Shown here piece after piece: positions 1 through 12,160 of a DNA stretch of 20,000 nt; positions within the stretch are counted from its first letter, which is position 1, and every line of letters starts with the position of its first letter. The notes beneath the pieces are model-generated. The model did no database searches. It was not told the DNA's origin and worked only from the letters and a program-made list of their open reading frames with translations. Source of the stretch: Raillietiella orientalis (lineage: Eukaryota); assembly GCA_036172245.1 (NCBI GenBank), contig JAYWIR010000093.1, positions 236,483 to 256,482 on the forward strand. The letters run 5' to 3'. Made by a program: the position numbers and the translations under genes.

Positions 1-469
1 CCAACCGCTCGCTGCCAGGCGCCCACTCACCATCCGGGAGGGCCGAGCGCGCACGCGCGCACCATCGCCTCGGCCTCCTCTCCACGTCCGTCGTCTGGGA
101 AACCACCAGCGTGCATTCCCAGCGCTCCCCGGAATCGAGCTTGAGCGCCGAGTTTACTCGAGCAGCACCACGGCCCACCTTTCCAGGCCCTACGTGGCGC
201 AGGAGGCGCGCTCCCGTAGGGCGCTCTTGGAGACGCATCCCCACGAAAGGCACCGTTGCCGACGAAAACTCGGTTTCTCCGGAAACCCCGGCGTTTCCAT
301 CGTCCGCGCTGCTGGCAACCTTCCCGGTTGCCAGGAAACAGCCGCCCGCTTGCCGCTTAGGCGGGAACGGAGCGACCACGCCTTCGTTTGTCCCGTGCGC
401 TAACATCCGTCCCTCCCACGCACGGGCGACGAAGCGCGACGCGCGCGAGCGACCAGCCTCCGCCGGCCC

Positions 470-2166
470 CTCGCGAGTTCGGGACGCGGACAGAAGGCAT
501 GGCGACAACCTCATACATGGCAACGACGTCCTCGACCGCCTCAGCGCGTGCGCGTTCCTCCGCCCGCACTGAGCCGACACGCGGAAGACAGGGCGCCCCT
601 GCCGACCCCCCCGGGCGCTCTGGCGAGGTCCCCTATCGGTATGCGGGACGGTGGCTTCACGCCCACGCCCGGTAGGCGCGTGGTCCACAGGAAGAGGCTC
701 GTCGCAGACACGTGAGACTGCCGCTCGCTCGGGTGCCAACTCGGCAGTAGCATCCGAGGAGACGTTCCGATTGCAAGCCGTGGCTCGTCTGCAGGGCGCC
801 GTACGCCCTCGCCGCTGCAACGACAGACGCGTCGTCGTCGCTCGGGGAGCTCTGGCGGTGGGTGGCACGGGGGGCGGAATCCGCGTGGATGCCTGCAGGG
901 CGTGGCAGCAGCGTGCGACGGCAGGCAGCACGCCGAACGGATGGGCGACCTGAGCCCGTGTCCACACGGGCCGCGTCCATGGAGGCTCAGACGGAGGCAG
1001 CGGAGGAGGGGCGGTGAGCGCCCAGTCGGACCGCCGGAAGCGGAAGCCACGCGCAGCCTCCCGGCACGTTAACTCGGAAAGGAGGCGAGGAGGAGGAACG
1101 CGCCAGAGACTCTCGTTTTGGCGTCGCCCGCGTCCGCTGACCCCGAGGGTCGTCGTCGCCCGTTGAGATGACCTGGGTCGCCTCGAGAGCGGCGCACACC
1201 CCGACTGAGCCGATGGGAAGAGGCCCTGGCGCCCTCGAGAGGCTGGCCGTGGGCACGAAGAACCTTCCGCGCTGCAGCGCTGCCTTCCCCCAGAGAACAT
1301 CTGCGCAGCAGAATCGCGGCGAAATGATTGGTCACTGTGACCATCTCAGGAAGGGAGAAAGAACTGGGCGAGGGGAAGACGGGCCTGCTCGAAGACGCTG
1401 CGAGGCCTCGAGTGCACCACCCCGTGGTCTGTTGCGCTGGGCCGCGTTGCTGAATGTTCCGTTGGAACATCCGAAGTGGCCCCCGGTGCTCATCAACATC
1501 CGCACTTTCCCATTCAAGTGGAAGCAGAAGACGCCGTTCGTCCTGCTCTGAGGTCTGCAGTCATCAATAGACGCGGGGTGTTGGGGTCCCCAACTGTGTC
1601 GGATGCGGGGAGCACGAATCACTCTCCCATCACTCAGTGAATTGGGATGCCCTCCGATCCCTCTGGGGACACTTCGCCGCGACCCTGGGAACCCCTGGAG
1701 AAAATACCATGGATACTCTGGAACCCCTCTTCGTCCGCGACGCACTTGAACCGCAAGCCTCGCTTGAAGCCCCGTGCTGCCTAAGCGGGATCGACGCTGC
1801 ATGCAGCCAGGCAACAGGAGGACCCAGCGATAGGGATGCCATCCAATTCGTCGTCGTCCTTCTCATCAGAATGGCGACGCGATGGTCCCACCTCGACATT
1901 TCAATACAGGAACATCTTGCCGGAATCCTGCAGAGGATGCAAAGGATCCGCTCCAGCAGGCAACGATCACTTCCCTCATCCCCCAACGTTTATTTCTCTT
2001 TATTTTTTCTTTCCTTTTTTTCATTTGCTTGCCCCCCTCCCCTCTGCTGCCGAGGCGGACCGCACTGTTCTACGAACCGATGACTCGGCAGGCTACCTTT
2101 AAGTTCTGCGTGGTTGGACCGCCGGTCCGACCACTGTTCCCATGTAATGTGTATTTTTGAAATAAA
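470..2166 (+). mobile_element. Decayed L1/Tx1-like non-LTR retrotransposon: RT remnants, C-terminal CCHC knuckle, 3' UTR
   Basis: Degenerate RT segments in the expected order across frames: DNLIHGNDVLD (~503), ETFRLQAVARLQG (~759, cf. F...GVRQG), GGIRV (~871), HVNSE (~1064). Then F..KWK (~1510) and CVGCGEHESLSHHSVNW (1595-1645: C-x2-C-x7-H-x4-C with the last Cys codon now TGG). These are followed by a pyrimidine-rich tract (1986-2045) and AATAAA (2161-2166). Stops and frameshifts are present; boundaries are approximate. Confidence 0.65.
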
Positions 2167-2249
2167 CGCCCCGGCGCAACCGGGTGGCAATCGTGCGACT
2201 GACCGTGCTACAGTCCACGTCTCTCCACGAGAAGCGACGGTCACGTGTC

Positions 2250-2700
2250 AGCGATGCTACGTGAGCCGCTCCGACCTTTTCTCCGCAAGGTCACCCGCGG
2301 GTGGTCCAAGAGGGGTCGATCGACCGCGTTCCCGCAGCGGGAAGCCATGCTGCCCGTGGACCAGAGCGGCCTTCCCTCTGGCACCGCCGCATTCGTGGCA
2401 ACCGTCTCCAAGCAGTGCGCGTCCTCCAGTCGCGGGAGCGCACGGTGGCGATCCGCTTTCCTTTGGGCAGCGCAACGAATTACACGTGGACGCCCACGCC
2501 TTTCTCTGGCGCTAGGCGGTGCCCAGCTGACCGACCCGCGAACGGGAGACAACCTTGTCATCCGCCTCGCCCACCTCGGCACGCGGCAATCCCAACAGCA
2601 AACATGGGGACCATTCGCTGCGCAGAAAAGGCGACAGTGGTCAGTCGGCCCGCGATTGCTACGAAACGGCGCGAGCAAAAGCGGGACGCTGGAGGAGCCT
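2250..2700 (+). mobile_element. Fragment of L1/Tx1-like ORF2, post-RT region
   Basis: FLRKVTRGWSKRG...AFLWAAQRITRGRPRLSLALGGAQLTDPR resembles the conserved post-RT F.W....l.l...GGl.l.D segment of L1-clade ORF2. The downstream extent cannot be resolved. Confidence 0.45.
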
Positions 2701-5700
2701 CCGGCAGCCGCGAGGGCGACTGCGCCTTCCCACGCTCACCGGGTTGGAAGACGCCGCCTGACCTCCCCCGCAGAGTCACCCTCCTCCACGCTCCTGCTGG
2801 GGCGCTGCACGATCGACGTAACCGCGCGCGTCCCCCTCGGTCGGTCGCGAGGCACCCCCGGGCGTCGCAGCGCGTGCAAGTGACCGACGCGGAGACGCCC
2901 CGCGACCGCCCCTCTGCAAAAGCGACGGGTGGACCGAGGCGGCGCCGTGGCGCAGACCAGGACACGTTGAAGTGTTCCCCGGAATGGCCACCGCGGAGGT
3001 CAGATCCGTCCCCAGGGCGAAGCCGGCGGGATCGAAGGACGAGATGGCGCCGCTCACGCTGCGCGAGCGACCTTCAGAGAACCGGCTCTGCTGGAGCTCC
3101 GACGAAACGCGGAAACCGACCGAGGCGCCCGCACCAGAGCGAGGACGGCGCGCTAGGCGACCAGCTGACCGACGCTCCCCGACCGCCCCTGCAACCCGAC
3201 CCCGCGCGATCGCCCCCTCTTTAGGCGCCGTCGATCGATCGAGCGTGCTGCCTGGCAACCAGAGCAAACAGGGAGGGGGCGCTCCCGGTCCTCGAGGGGA
3301 TCGGGTTGCCTCCTCCCGCAGCCGGCATGCCGTAGGGAAGCTGCCGATCGATTCAAGAGGGAGGAACTCGATCCGCGGGGAAGCCCTCCCCGTCCGCGAG
3401 CGCGGGGGTCCTCCCGGACGCCGAATCGATCCCGGAAAGCTGCGCCTGGCGCATCCGTCTCGCGCGGCGTGTTACCAAGGGCGACGCGGAGGCGAGCGCG
3501 CGATGGGGAGGAATGCCGGGGGACAGAAGGCTGCGAATTCCAAGATCCCTCGGGCGGGAGGCGATCCGTCATGCCGGAACGCGTGGGCTCCCCCTCCCCC
3601 TTCTCACGCGCACGTGGAGAATTCCTGGCGCCCCATCCATCACGCGGACACCCTGAAAGGGCCGCCGCCTACCCCGCGCGCGGCCGGGCACTCCCATTGG
3701 CGCCCCGAGATCCCCGCCGGGAGACGCGGAGTCCCGGACGTCAGCAGGCGAAGAAAAGCCGGGAGCCAACGGCCTCGCACGTTGAGGCCAGCTGCTCCCC
3801 TGGCGCCCGGCAGGAACTCCAGGAATGCCGTCCCGGGAACGCGGGAGCGCTGCAGCTGGGCGTCCCCCGCGGCGGCGGAGGCTGCGACCGAAACGAGCGC
3901 GGGCATCCCCGGCGCCCTCGCCTGCCTTCCCGTCGTTGCCAGGAAAGCGGTCGTCCCCCACCCCCTCCGAACGGTCGGCACCTCGACAGCACAGCGACGC
4001 CACCGACCAGCAAGCCCTGAGGCTCGGCGAGGATCCTCCGCCCTCCCCACGCGCGAGAAAGCCAGCAGGGCCGCCAGCAGACCTGCTCCGCGTCGCATTT
4101 TTAAGGGAACGCAGGGACGGACGCGCGCGCTGGTCTCCGATGAGGTGGACGGTGACCACCCAGCTTCCCCTTCCCCCCGCCGTAATACGGCAGCCAACCC
4201 GCGGTCCGATCGACGGGTCCGTTCCATGCGCCCCAAGCACGCCCCGCACGCCCTTCGGCCCTTCTCCGGGACCGAGGGATCCTCCGGTGCGCTCCCCACC
4301 CGCTCCCGCCATTCGCCGAGGGCGTCACGCACGGGGCACTCGTTCCCTTCCGCCTTTCGCGCACCTTCCGTCCGCCAGGAGCGTTGACGTCTGGTGCTGG
4401 GAGGGCGGTGACGCCAATTCCATCCTGCCGAATCCCGCGGGCGACCGGCGACGGTCCCGACTCCGCCGAGGCGCCTTCGGCCCTCCTCGCTGCTGCATCG
4501 GCGAACAGAGGCCAGAAGGAGGCTGCGTACGGCCACCGCCTCGGGGCTCTCGGAACGGCTGACCTCGCGCGGTTGCCTGCGCTCCAGCTGCAGCCCAGCC
4601 GTGCATACTCGCCGGAGCGCTGAAGGAGTGCCACGGGCACGCCTCCGTGGCCCAGTTGAGGATGGGGGGGAGGCGGCAACGCTAGCGCGTCCGCACGGGC
4701 GAGCGTCGGCGGGTGGATGCAGAGGATATACGTTCCTTTCGCGTTGCCACGTCGAACCAGGGCGTCCGCGTCTCCACGGAGACCAACGGGCGGACTCCTT
4801 TCGCCTCCGCCGTTCAGGGATGCCACGACGGGGCCCATCTCGCTCTTCCCTGCATCCCTTCGATGCCCGCGGGCCTGCGCCCGCGCCGTAGCGTTCAGAT
4901 GGCGGGGACTCCACCGGGACGCCTCCGGCGACGCTCGCGCTGCGACTCGGCCCACGCGGACGCAACCGCCCGGTCAGCTCTCGTCACCTCCCTCAAAGCT
5001 AGCTGCTCGGCAACCTCCCGTTAGACGGCGCGAGCGACGAAGCGCCAAGAGTAGAGGGGGAGGCGCCGGCCTTCCTGGCAAGGCCACGAGAGGCTGTCCC
5101 CAGGCGAGGATGTCGGCAACCCCGAGACTTCCGAGGTCGCAGGTTGGGTAGGTACTCTCGGAACGGGCGCGCCCGATTCCGCAGTGCCTGCGGACGCGTC
5201 CTGCGCTGGCGCCGGGATGGCCCCACGCACCGCGCCCGCTCGCGTCACGTTCGACGACCTTCCGGGTGGCGCGCGACGGTCCCGCGCCGCCCCGGGTGAA
5301 CGGTTCAGTGACTTCCCGGTCGCTCGGCTCGGACGACGCAGAGCAGCTGCGCCAACCGCCCGGCCCACGGTTGACTTCAAGGAGGTCGCGGGCGCTCGGC
5401 TTCCTCCTAGGGCATTTTTCCCTGCACTTGCCTGGCCGCTGACCCCTGCGACCTGCCCGAGGATGCGCTCTCGGACGAGCGACGGCCGCAGCGGGAGCAC
5501 GGCGTGGCCCCCGGCCTTGAACATGCTGCGGTCGGATGGCCAGCGGTGCCCACCGGGGGCATGGCCCGCGACCGCAGGCGGTTGTCCCTCACGGGGCCGG
5601 GCGGAGGAGTTGCGAGGACGACCGACGGATAGCGGTGCGGAACGGCAGAGCTCTGCAGCTGCGCTGGACGCCGCTTCGGGTGACTTCCCGGGGACACCGG

Positions 5701-6970
5701 AAACTCCCCACCGCGCAGGCCTCCCCCTCGGTCGTGCCCGGAGACCGATTTCTCCCCGCAGGGGGTCGCCACACCCGAGCCGGAGGACCTGGCGTTAATT
5801 TCGAGCCAGTCTTCGGGTGCTCGCCCCGCTGGAAGGCGTCGCCTGGACCGAGGAGGAGTCTCGGCGGAGGTCGCCGGAGGGTCGCGGCGAGAAGACGCGC
5901 CGCCGCCACCAGGAGATGAGATGGCGGTGATGCTCCCGCGCAGAAACTGAGCCCGCGCACCGCAAATGGCCCCGGGACTGCGTCGCCGGCCGCGCGTGGT
6001 GACCGTCCGGCGCCCGCGTGGTCAATGGGCGGAGGCGGCAGCAGCGCGTCTTCGCCCGCCGACCACGCGCCCAGCGCGCTCGCGACGCGGCTCCATGGAA
6101 ACGAGCGGATGGACCGCGCGCGTTCTCGTCCTCTCCGCGCCGCAGGAGGGACGGTCGATTGCGGGCGCCGCGGCGATCCGCGCCGTCCGCGTCGAGCCCG
6201 CGAGCGCGGAGGGAGGGATAGGGCCCCTCTTCAGCTCTCCTCTCCTCCCATCCCCCCTTTCTTTGCTGCTCTTCGGTGTCGCCGGGGGCGACGCGCCCCG
6301 CCCGGGTCGCCCGCGTTCCCTCCGGCGGCCGGCGATCGAGCGCCGCCCCATCATTCGGAGCGGAAATCCCGGCTTCCGCTTTCCCGCTTTTCCATCCCGG
6401 AAGACCCATAAAACCGCCGTTCCCCGTCCCGTCGCGGTCGGCTTTTAAATCAAATCGACTTCCCGGGTGCCATGGAAACGGGCGGAAAGCGAAAGGAGGT
6501 ACCCGGAAGCGGACGCATTCGTCGCCGTGTTTTGACAGCTCCGCGTGCCCCGGGCCCGAAAACATCGCCATTCCGAGGGGTCCAGTGCTGGCCCGCCGCG
6601 CCGAGTCGTCGCGCGGAAGGAAGGGCGACCGACCGGAATGCGCCGCCTCCCCCGCCCGGGGAGGGGATCGGACGCGTGGGCGGCAGTCGACCCGCAATGC
6701 AAGGGATGCACGCGCTGCTTCTCCCGGGAGGCGAATCCGCGGCGACGGACGCACTCGCAGGTGAGACGCTCGTCCCCCCCCCCCTCCTTCCTACCCCCGT
6801 CCCCATGGCAGCGAGCCGAGACGCGCAAGCGGCGGCGAAGCCGCCCCTGTCGTGAATCCCCGCGCAGCCATCGCCCGCCCCGGGGCAGAGACGCCCGTGG
6901 CCGAAGTGGCTCCCGCCTGCAGCCGGAAAGTTGACGCCCGCGCACGCGGTGCAGGCGCGCGCGCCCTATC

Positions 6971-7277
6971 TCCAGGGCCGTGCTCGGGTGTTTGCCTTCC
7001 CTGCCTGCCTGATGGGAACGGACGCCGCCCGATCGCCACGGCAAGCCGTCTTCCCGCATCGAACGTCTGCGTGGTAGGTACCCTGAGGCCTCCGGAGACC
7101 TCGGCCCCTGCTCTCCGCCTGCCTCCGTGCTTGCAGGGATCGCCTCTCTTTCGCGCAATCCGGGTTGACCGGTTTGCGCGTTTCGGCGTCGCTCTGAGAC
7201 GTCGCCTCGCACCACGGAAGAACGTGACCCGGAGTCGTCTGCCACCGTCGTCGGAGCGCAGCTCTCCGACCGAACGC
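6971..7277 (+). repeat. Dispersed repeat, copy 1 (inverted partner at 19883-19999)
   Basis: 6971-7027 is the reverse complement of 19943-19999 (56/57 identical). 7223-7277 is the reverse complement of 19883-19937 (54/55 identical). Confidence 0.95.
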
Positions 7278-8800
7278 GTCCTTGTTGCTAGGGTGATGGA
7301 GACAACTCTGGAAGAGGAGGCAGAATGGGTGGCTCTTTGGAAACGAAGCCATCAGTTTCCTTCATGAATTCACCTCGAGCATCCAGAGACAGCAGCGAAA
7401 ATTTGAGTTTTTCCCGAACCAGTGCGAGCACCGTTACAGGGAGGTCGTCGTCCTGACCAATAGGACACTCCTGTCTACCACCACACCCGAAGCCTCCCGT
7501 GCATGCGCGGGTCGTGTCCTGGTTGCGAGGATGGTCTGCTGCGGAGCGTCCTCCTTCCCGTTCGCGGGGGACGCAAGCAAACCGCGCCTGGACCGGTGGG
7601 CTGTCGTGCTGACTCGTTGCGACCTCCTAAGGAGCAAAGTGGGTCCAAAGGACGCCGCCACGGTCGTCGTCAGCGTCGACGGTCTGTATCGACGCCGCTA
7701 GGGGGTCGTCAGAGGGATCAACACCTGCTGGAGATTGGCGGAGAAACTGGACCTCGTCTGGTTGGGGGCGAGCCACGCGCTGGTCGACAAGCCCTGATCT
7801 CCGGAAACGCCGCAGCTCGCATCCTCGGTCTCTGCTCACTGGCTCACCGGCTCAACCCCGTCTTTGTGTGGGGCACTGTTCTGTCCCTACGTCCGAGACT
7901 GGCTCGGGCGCCGCTGGGCCCCTCTCTCTCGCTGCGTGGAGTCCACCTTGGCGGCCCCCGCTGTCGAACGGCGCCGAAGACCGGGATCGACCTGGTCTCC
8001 GGTCACGCAGCACGGAGACGGGGCACCGCGCAGCTGGGCGTTTAAGTGGAGGCCTACCTCCGCGTGCTGGGAACAGCTTTAGAGAAGGCGCCCGGACCAG
8101 GGTGCAAAGGACGAGGCTGCGGAAGCTGATCACGAGCGTCCCTGGACGCGGCTCTGCCCTCCCTCAGTGCGGGTAACTTGATAGCGAGTTGCCATTAAGG
8201 AGTGAGGCACCCGGCTTGAGCCAGGGGCTCCGGGGAGAGAGGGGATGAGTCCGATCCACTCCAAGAGGTCCGCCGAGGCTTCCCCGGGTGGAGGAGCACT
8301 CTCGACGGTTCGGATGAGACCCTGGGGAAGTCCCACCAGCCGTTGGGAAACCCTCAGCGCCCCTGCAAGAGCGCTACACAACGACCCCGAGGATCCCCGA
8401 AGACAACCTCAGGGATGGCGATGGGCGCCCCGCCGCGATGCGCATCCCTGGAAATTCCTTTCTGCCCGCTCAGGATCACGGTGTCCTGGAGCGTTAGGGT
8501 CGGGGGGAGGACCATTCGCTTTGCCCCACGCCTTCTGTGGAGGGCATCGAGATGGCGCCACCTGTGGAAAGTCCAAAAGGAAATCCCCAGAAGCCCCGAG
8601 AGGATGCGGAGGACGGCCTGCGGCTGTCTGTGACTCCCCCTCCCCTCATCTCTCTCTCTCCCCCCTCCGCAACCAAGGTCTCTTTCATTTTCTCACCAAG
8701 CTCCCTTCCGCGCACCGAGAGAGCTCTCAATCGTCCGAACGTGGGCGTAGGTTCTACGGCCGCACCACCTATGCGCTGTTTATTTTTTCGAAAAAAAGGA
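7278..8800 (+). mobile_element. 5'-truncated, decayed L1/Tx1-like element (post-RT region to 3' UTR)
   Basis: LLLG*W (~7283), RADSLRPPKEQSGSKG (~7605-7650, cf. l..Pk..GGLG), WAFKWR (8035-8052), PQCG knuckle remnant (8162-8173), then a pyrimidine tract at 8636-8710 and a T/A-rich end near 8780-8798. Confidence 0.55.
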
Positions 8801-8849
8801 AAGCTTCGGCGAACCCGATTGAAACTCCACCCGCACAAGAAGGCATGGG

Positions 8850-11250
8850 GGGAGGGACTCCCGTTTTCAAGGCACCGAGTCGCCCGGGAGAAGGGGACTC
8901 GACGCGGAGGCCCGAGAGGGGATCCCTGGATGCGCGGCGGAGAGGGTCGAATCCCGGCAACCACGTTCCGTGGGGGAGGACTGCACGAGCGAGGAAATGA
9001 GCGGAGCCCGAATTCCAGGAATCGGGCAGCAGCAGCATGGCAGCACACATCAGCGACCGCCCCCTTTCCTCCGGAGCAGGAGGGCAGCACCCACTACACG
9101 GAGACCTACTTCCATCTTCCATCGGCCTATGAGGAGTGGGACGGCTCAAACCTGGGCGGACATACCGAGGCATCGCTCCGGTGGCTCCTCCCACGCACGC
9201 GCTCCCAGGCACTCTGGAAGAGTGCGCCCGGGGACGCGACCGTATCCTAGGTCCGTCGCCGGACCTCACCGGTATCCCGGAGGCTTCCACGGTATGGTCG
9301 ACCACGCGAATCCTGCGATTAGATTCCTGAGAAAGGTGGTCTCCAAGGAGGATCCCTAGGCACGCACGGCGACGGCGACCGCCGGATTCCCGTAGGTGGA
9401 CGGCAATCAAGGAAGACAAGCGAGGGAAGACGGGTCTCCCGGGGACATGCCCTTGCTTTCGTGCTCTTCGCCCAGTAAGTGGACGCGGTGGCGCCATCGG
9501 GAACCACCGCAAAGACCTCGCTCTCCCTGGACATCGTCGCCCCACCTGGCGGTTCGTGGGGCCGACACGGTGGGCGACGCAGGGCGTTCCCTCCCACCGT
9601 CGAATACGCGCGCTCGGGCGAGCGGTCCAAATCCCTAAGCCGACGGAGTCCCCTACGCCGCCATTCCGAACCCGGGAGGACTCAAAGCGGTAGCTTATGG
9701 ACAGTGGATCGGATTCGAAGCACCCGGGCGTCTATGCTGGCGATGAACGACCTTCCACTGGAGGACGCATGGCGGAAGATGCGTGACGAGGAGGCGACCC
9801 GGCAAAGAGTGGAGTACCTCTCCATGGAGGAGGAAGCCTACCTGGGGAACGACACGCCCGCAGCCAGCTGCCCGTTATTCGACCCCTGGGGAAGGAAGAC
9901 CAAGCGCCTTTCCGCCGTCCGAAGAGATCTTCGATGATCGGGAAAGAGACCTCATTAGTCGCTCACGCGAAGCGAGAGGCCTTGCGGAAGGCGAGCCACG
10001 GGCAGGAGAGGGCGGGGGGGATCCCCAGCGCCTCAGCTTCTGGGCTGCGCGTGTTCTACCGAGCCTGCGCGACCAACGGCTCGATGTCCGCCCCGTTCGG
10101 GTCAACGGGGTGGCGCCGCTGCCCTATGGATCCCACATGGGAAGAAACGGAAGGCAGGAAAAGAGATTGGGAATCGATCCGGAAGGCGGGGGCAACCCTG
10201 CGTCAGGACAGGAGGCGGCGGTCCTCTCCCTGTTTGTCGGCGTGTCATCTGCTACGCGGAATCGCGCACCCGTGGGAGATCTCCTGCAAGGGTGGACCCA
10301 GTGGCCGTCACATATCTTGCAGCAGTGCTGTCTTCCCCGAGGGCAAGCGACTGCAACAGCCTACTGGCCGGGTGGAAGTCGTTCCGCGCCACCGAAGGAA
10401 ACCCTCGATGGCTGCAAGACGAGCGTCTTGGCGGACGACGACGCTCCTCGCCTGCGGGCAAAGAGACTCTCTCGACCTTTTCCGTTTGCAACCCTGAAGA
10501 GCTCGCGGTCCTTCGTTTGCACGCGGATGCGACGGTGCGCGCGGTTCGCTGGAGAAAGCACGCGATCCCATCCCGTTCCCGCGCTGAGTGGACTCCGGTG
10601 CAGCCGGCGGAGGAGGAGTTTCGTCCCCATGCTGTTCCGGGTTTCCCCCGGGCCACCTCCTCCTGATGGACTGCGGCGAGCACCTGGAGGAGGCTGCCTT
10701 TGGGCACTCCACAAACCGGAAGGCACACAGACCGGCACTCGCTGCGGCGTTTCTTCTCGCCACCGCGGAAGGCCCGAAGCAGGCGACGGATGATGCCGCG
10801 CCCGCGCCATCGCCGTAGCCCGCCGCTGTGCACTGGAGTTTACCGGGCGGATCCGCGGAGGGATGCTCCACACGCATGGCAGCTGCCCTGTTGTGGGCAA
10901 CTGCGAAGTGCCTCGCTTCCAAGAGGAAGTTTGACCGCTCTCCCATCTGGAATCGGAGCATCAACGCCTCCCTTCTCCTTCCCCTTTGCTGCGGTCCCAC
11001 GTGGTCCGAAAGCGTCTTTGACAAGATGGTCCCACGGAACTCCAAGAAAAAGTCGTCAGCCAGAGAGAGCACCAGCATTCAGCGCTAGCTCCAGAAAGGG
11101 GGGAGGGCTGCCACCAAAGACCACACGCCCTCTCTTTACCCTTCCCACCTTTTTCCAACCATTTTTTGTTCCCTCCTCGCCACTCTGGACTTTCTTAAAA
11201 TCGGCGGCGTGCGTGCCGATGGGACTTCCTTTCTCGCTGCTCTCTGTTCT
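8850..11250 (+). mobile_element. Decayed L1/Tx1-like element, from RT subdomain 4 to the 3' UTR
   Basis: Collinear degenerate motifs: KGTRRGGP (8891-8914, cf. GVRQGCP), GARIPGIG (~9003), MAAHISD (~9037, at the YADD position), AYEEWDGSNL (~9125), IRFL (~9318), LDIVAPP (~9527), QSGSLWTVD (~9683), FYRAC (~10054), RWRKHAIP (~10546), CC...HLLLMDC (~10630-10674), ATAKCLASKR (~10897), pyrimidine-rich 3' tract (11128-11180). Many frameshifts. Confidence 0.65.
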
Positions 11251-11399
11251 TTCTGGGGACTCGACCCCCAGTGACCTGCACGTTTCAAAGCAACCTCCAG
11301 GCCTCACCGAGTCAAAACGGCGCGAAATTGGCCCCAGAGCAGGAAGACACTCACCTTCGAAGAATGCGAGCCCCTCGCTACCAGCGGGGGACGCCCACG

Positions 11400-12160
11400 A
11401 AAGACGGGTGCCGGACCACGAGCGCCAGCTGCAAGGGTGGATGACCCCACCGGACACGCGAACTCTTGCAAGGCCAGGACGTGCAGGGCACCACAGCCAA
11501 CCCTCAAGCACGGGAGTACCACATCTGATAGGGAAACCGCCGCCGCAGAAGCATTGGAAACGACGTGGAAGTCTCGGGCAACCGACCTGAACCCCAAGTG
11601 CCATCCCCGCCCGTTCCGTGCATATCCGAACTTTCTCTGGCGATCCGAGGCTGCCTTCGGATGGTGCATCAGAGGGATCCTGTGCGGAACAAGAACCGCA
11701 ATCATCGTCTGCGCCTGTCATGGCGGTGAACCGAAGACGAGACCCATCTCTGCAATCGCAGAACCCACGTCCAAGACTGGAAAGTGGTGAAGCAGGCGAC
11801 GCCGCTCCTGACCAGGATCGGGATCCTGAGAAAACTCGTCGAGGGAGGGAGATGCGCCTCTTTGTGCAACCGCATGGTGAAGGTGCTCATCGCCTCCCTC
11901 ACCAGGAGCATCCATCCAGGTCAGGAAGACCAAGCTTCTGAGAGGAGTAAAGATGAGTGGACCTTTTCAAACAGAGGGTCGGATGAGTTCCAGCCTGGAT
12001 TCTCCTCTTCCCTCTCCAAAACATCCAAAAAGCAAACACTTTCCCTAGTGCAAGTTCCAACACAGTGAAACAACACGGTGTCGGAAGACAATTGTAGCGG
12101 GAAGAAGTTCCGTTTAATGTTGCATTGGTAACAGAATGTTTGTTTCTTTAATTAATGAAT
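11400..12160 (+). mobile_element. 3'-terminal fragment of an L1/Tx1-like element
   Basis: LNPKCHP...NFLWR (~11587-11643), then CAC.../EDETHLCN...W (~11710-11780, degenerate CCHC), a hydrophobic helix VKVLIASL and a pyrimidine tract near 12000. It sits at the GC-to-AT boundary. Confidence 0.5.

Noticed and set aside
1860..1935. R2/NeSL/Utopia-type C-terminus (RWSHLDISIQEHLAG resembles RWSRDIY.EH..G)
   Set aside because: No RH-PD..D restriction-like endonuclease motif after the knuckle. The post-RT GGL and W[RK]..H patterns in the other copies fit the L1/Tx1 group better. Clade assignment still needs a phylogeny.
2047..2091. Hammerhead or HDV-like ribozyme
   Set aside because: CCGATGA only resembles CUGAUGA, there is no correctly placed GAAA, and I could not build the HDV double pseudoknot.
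2700..6970. Long ORFs of 300-470 aa on both strands (e.g. 2972-4387 +, 3640-4965 -, 5795-6754 -)
   Set aside because: Arg/Pro/Ala/Gly-rich, overlapping in many frames and without recognisable domains. This is expected from stop-codon scarcity at very high GC.
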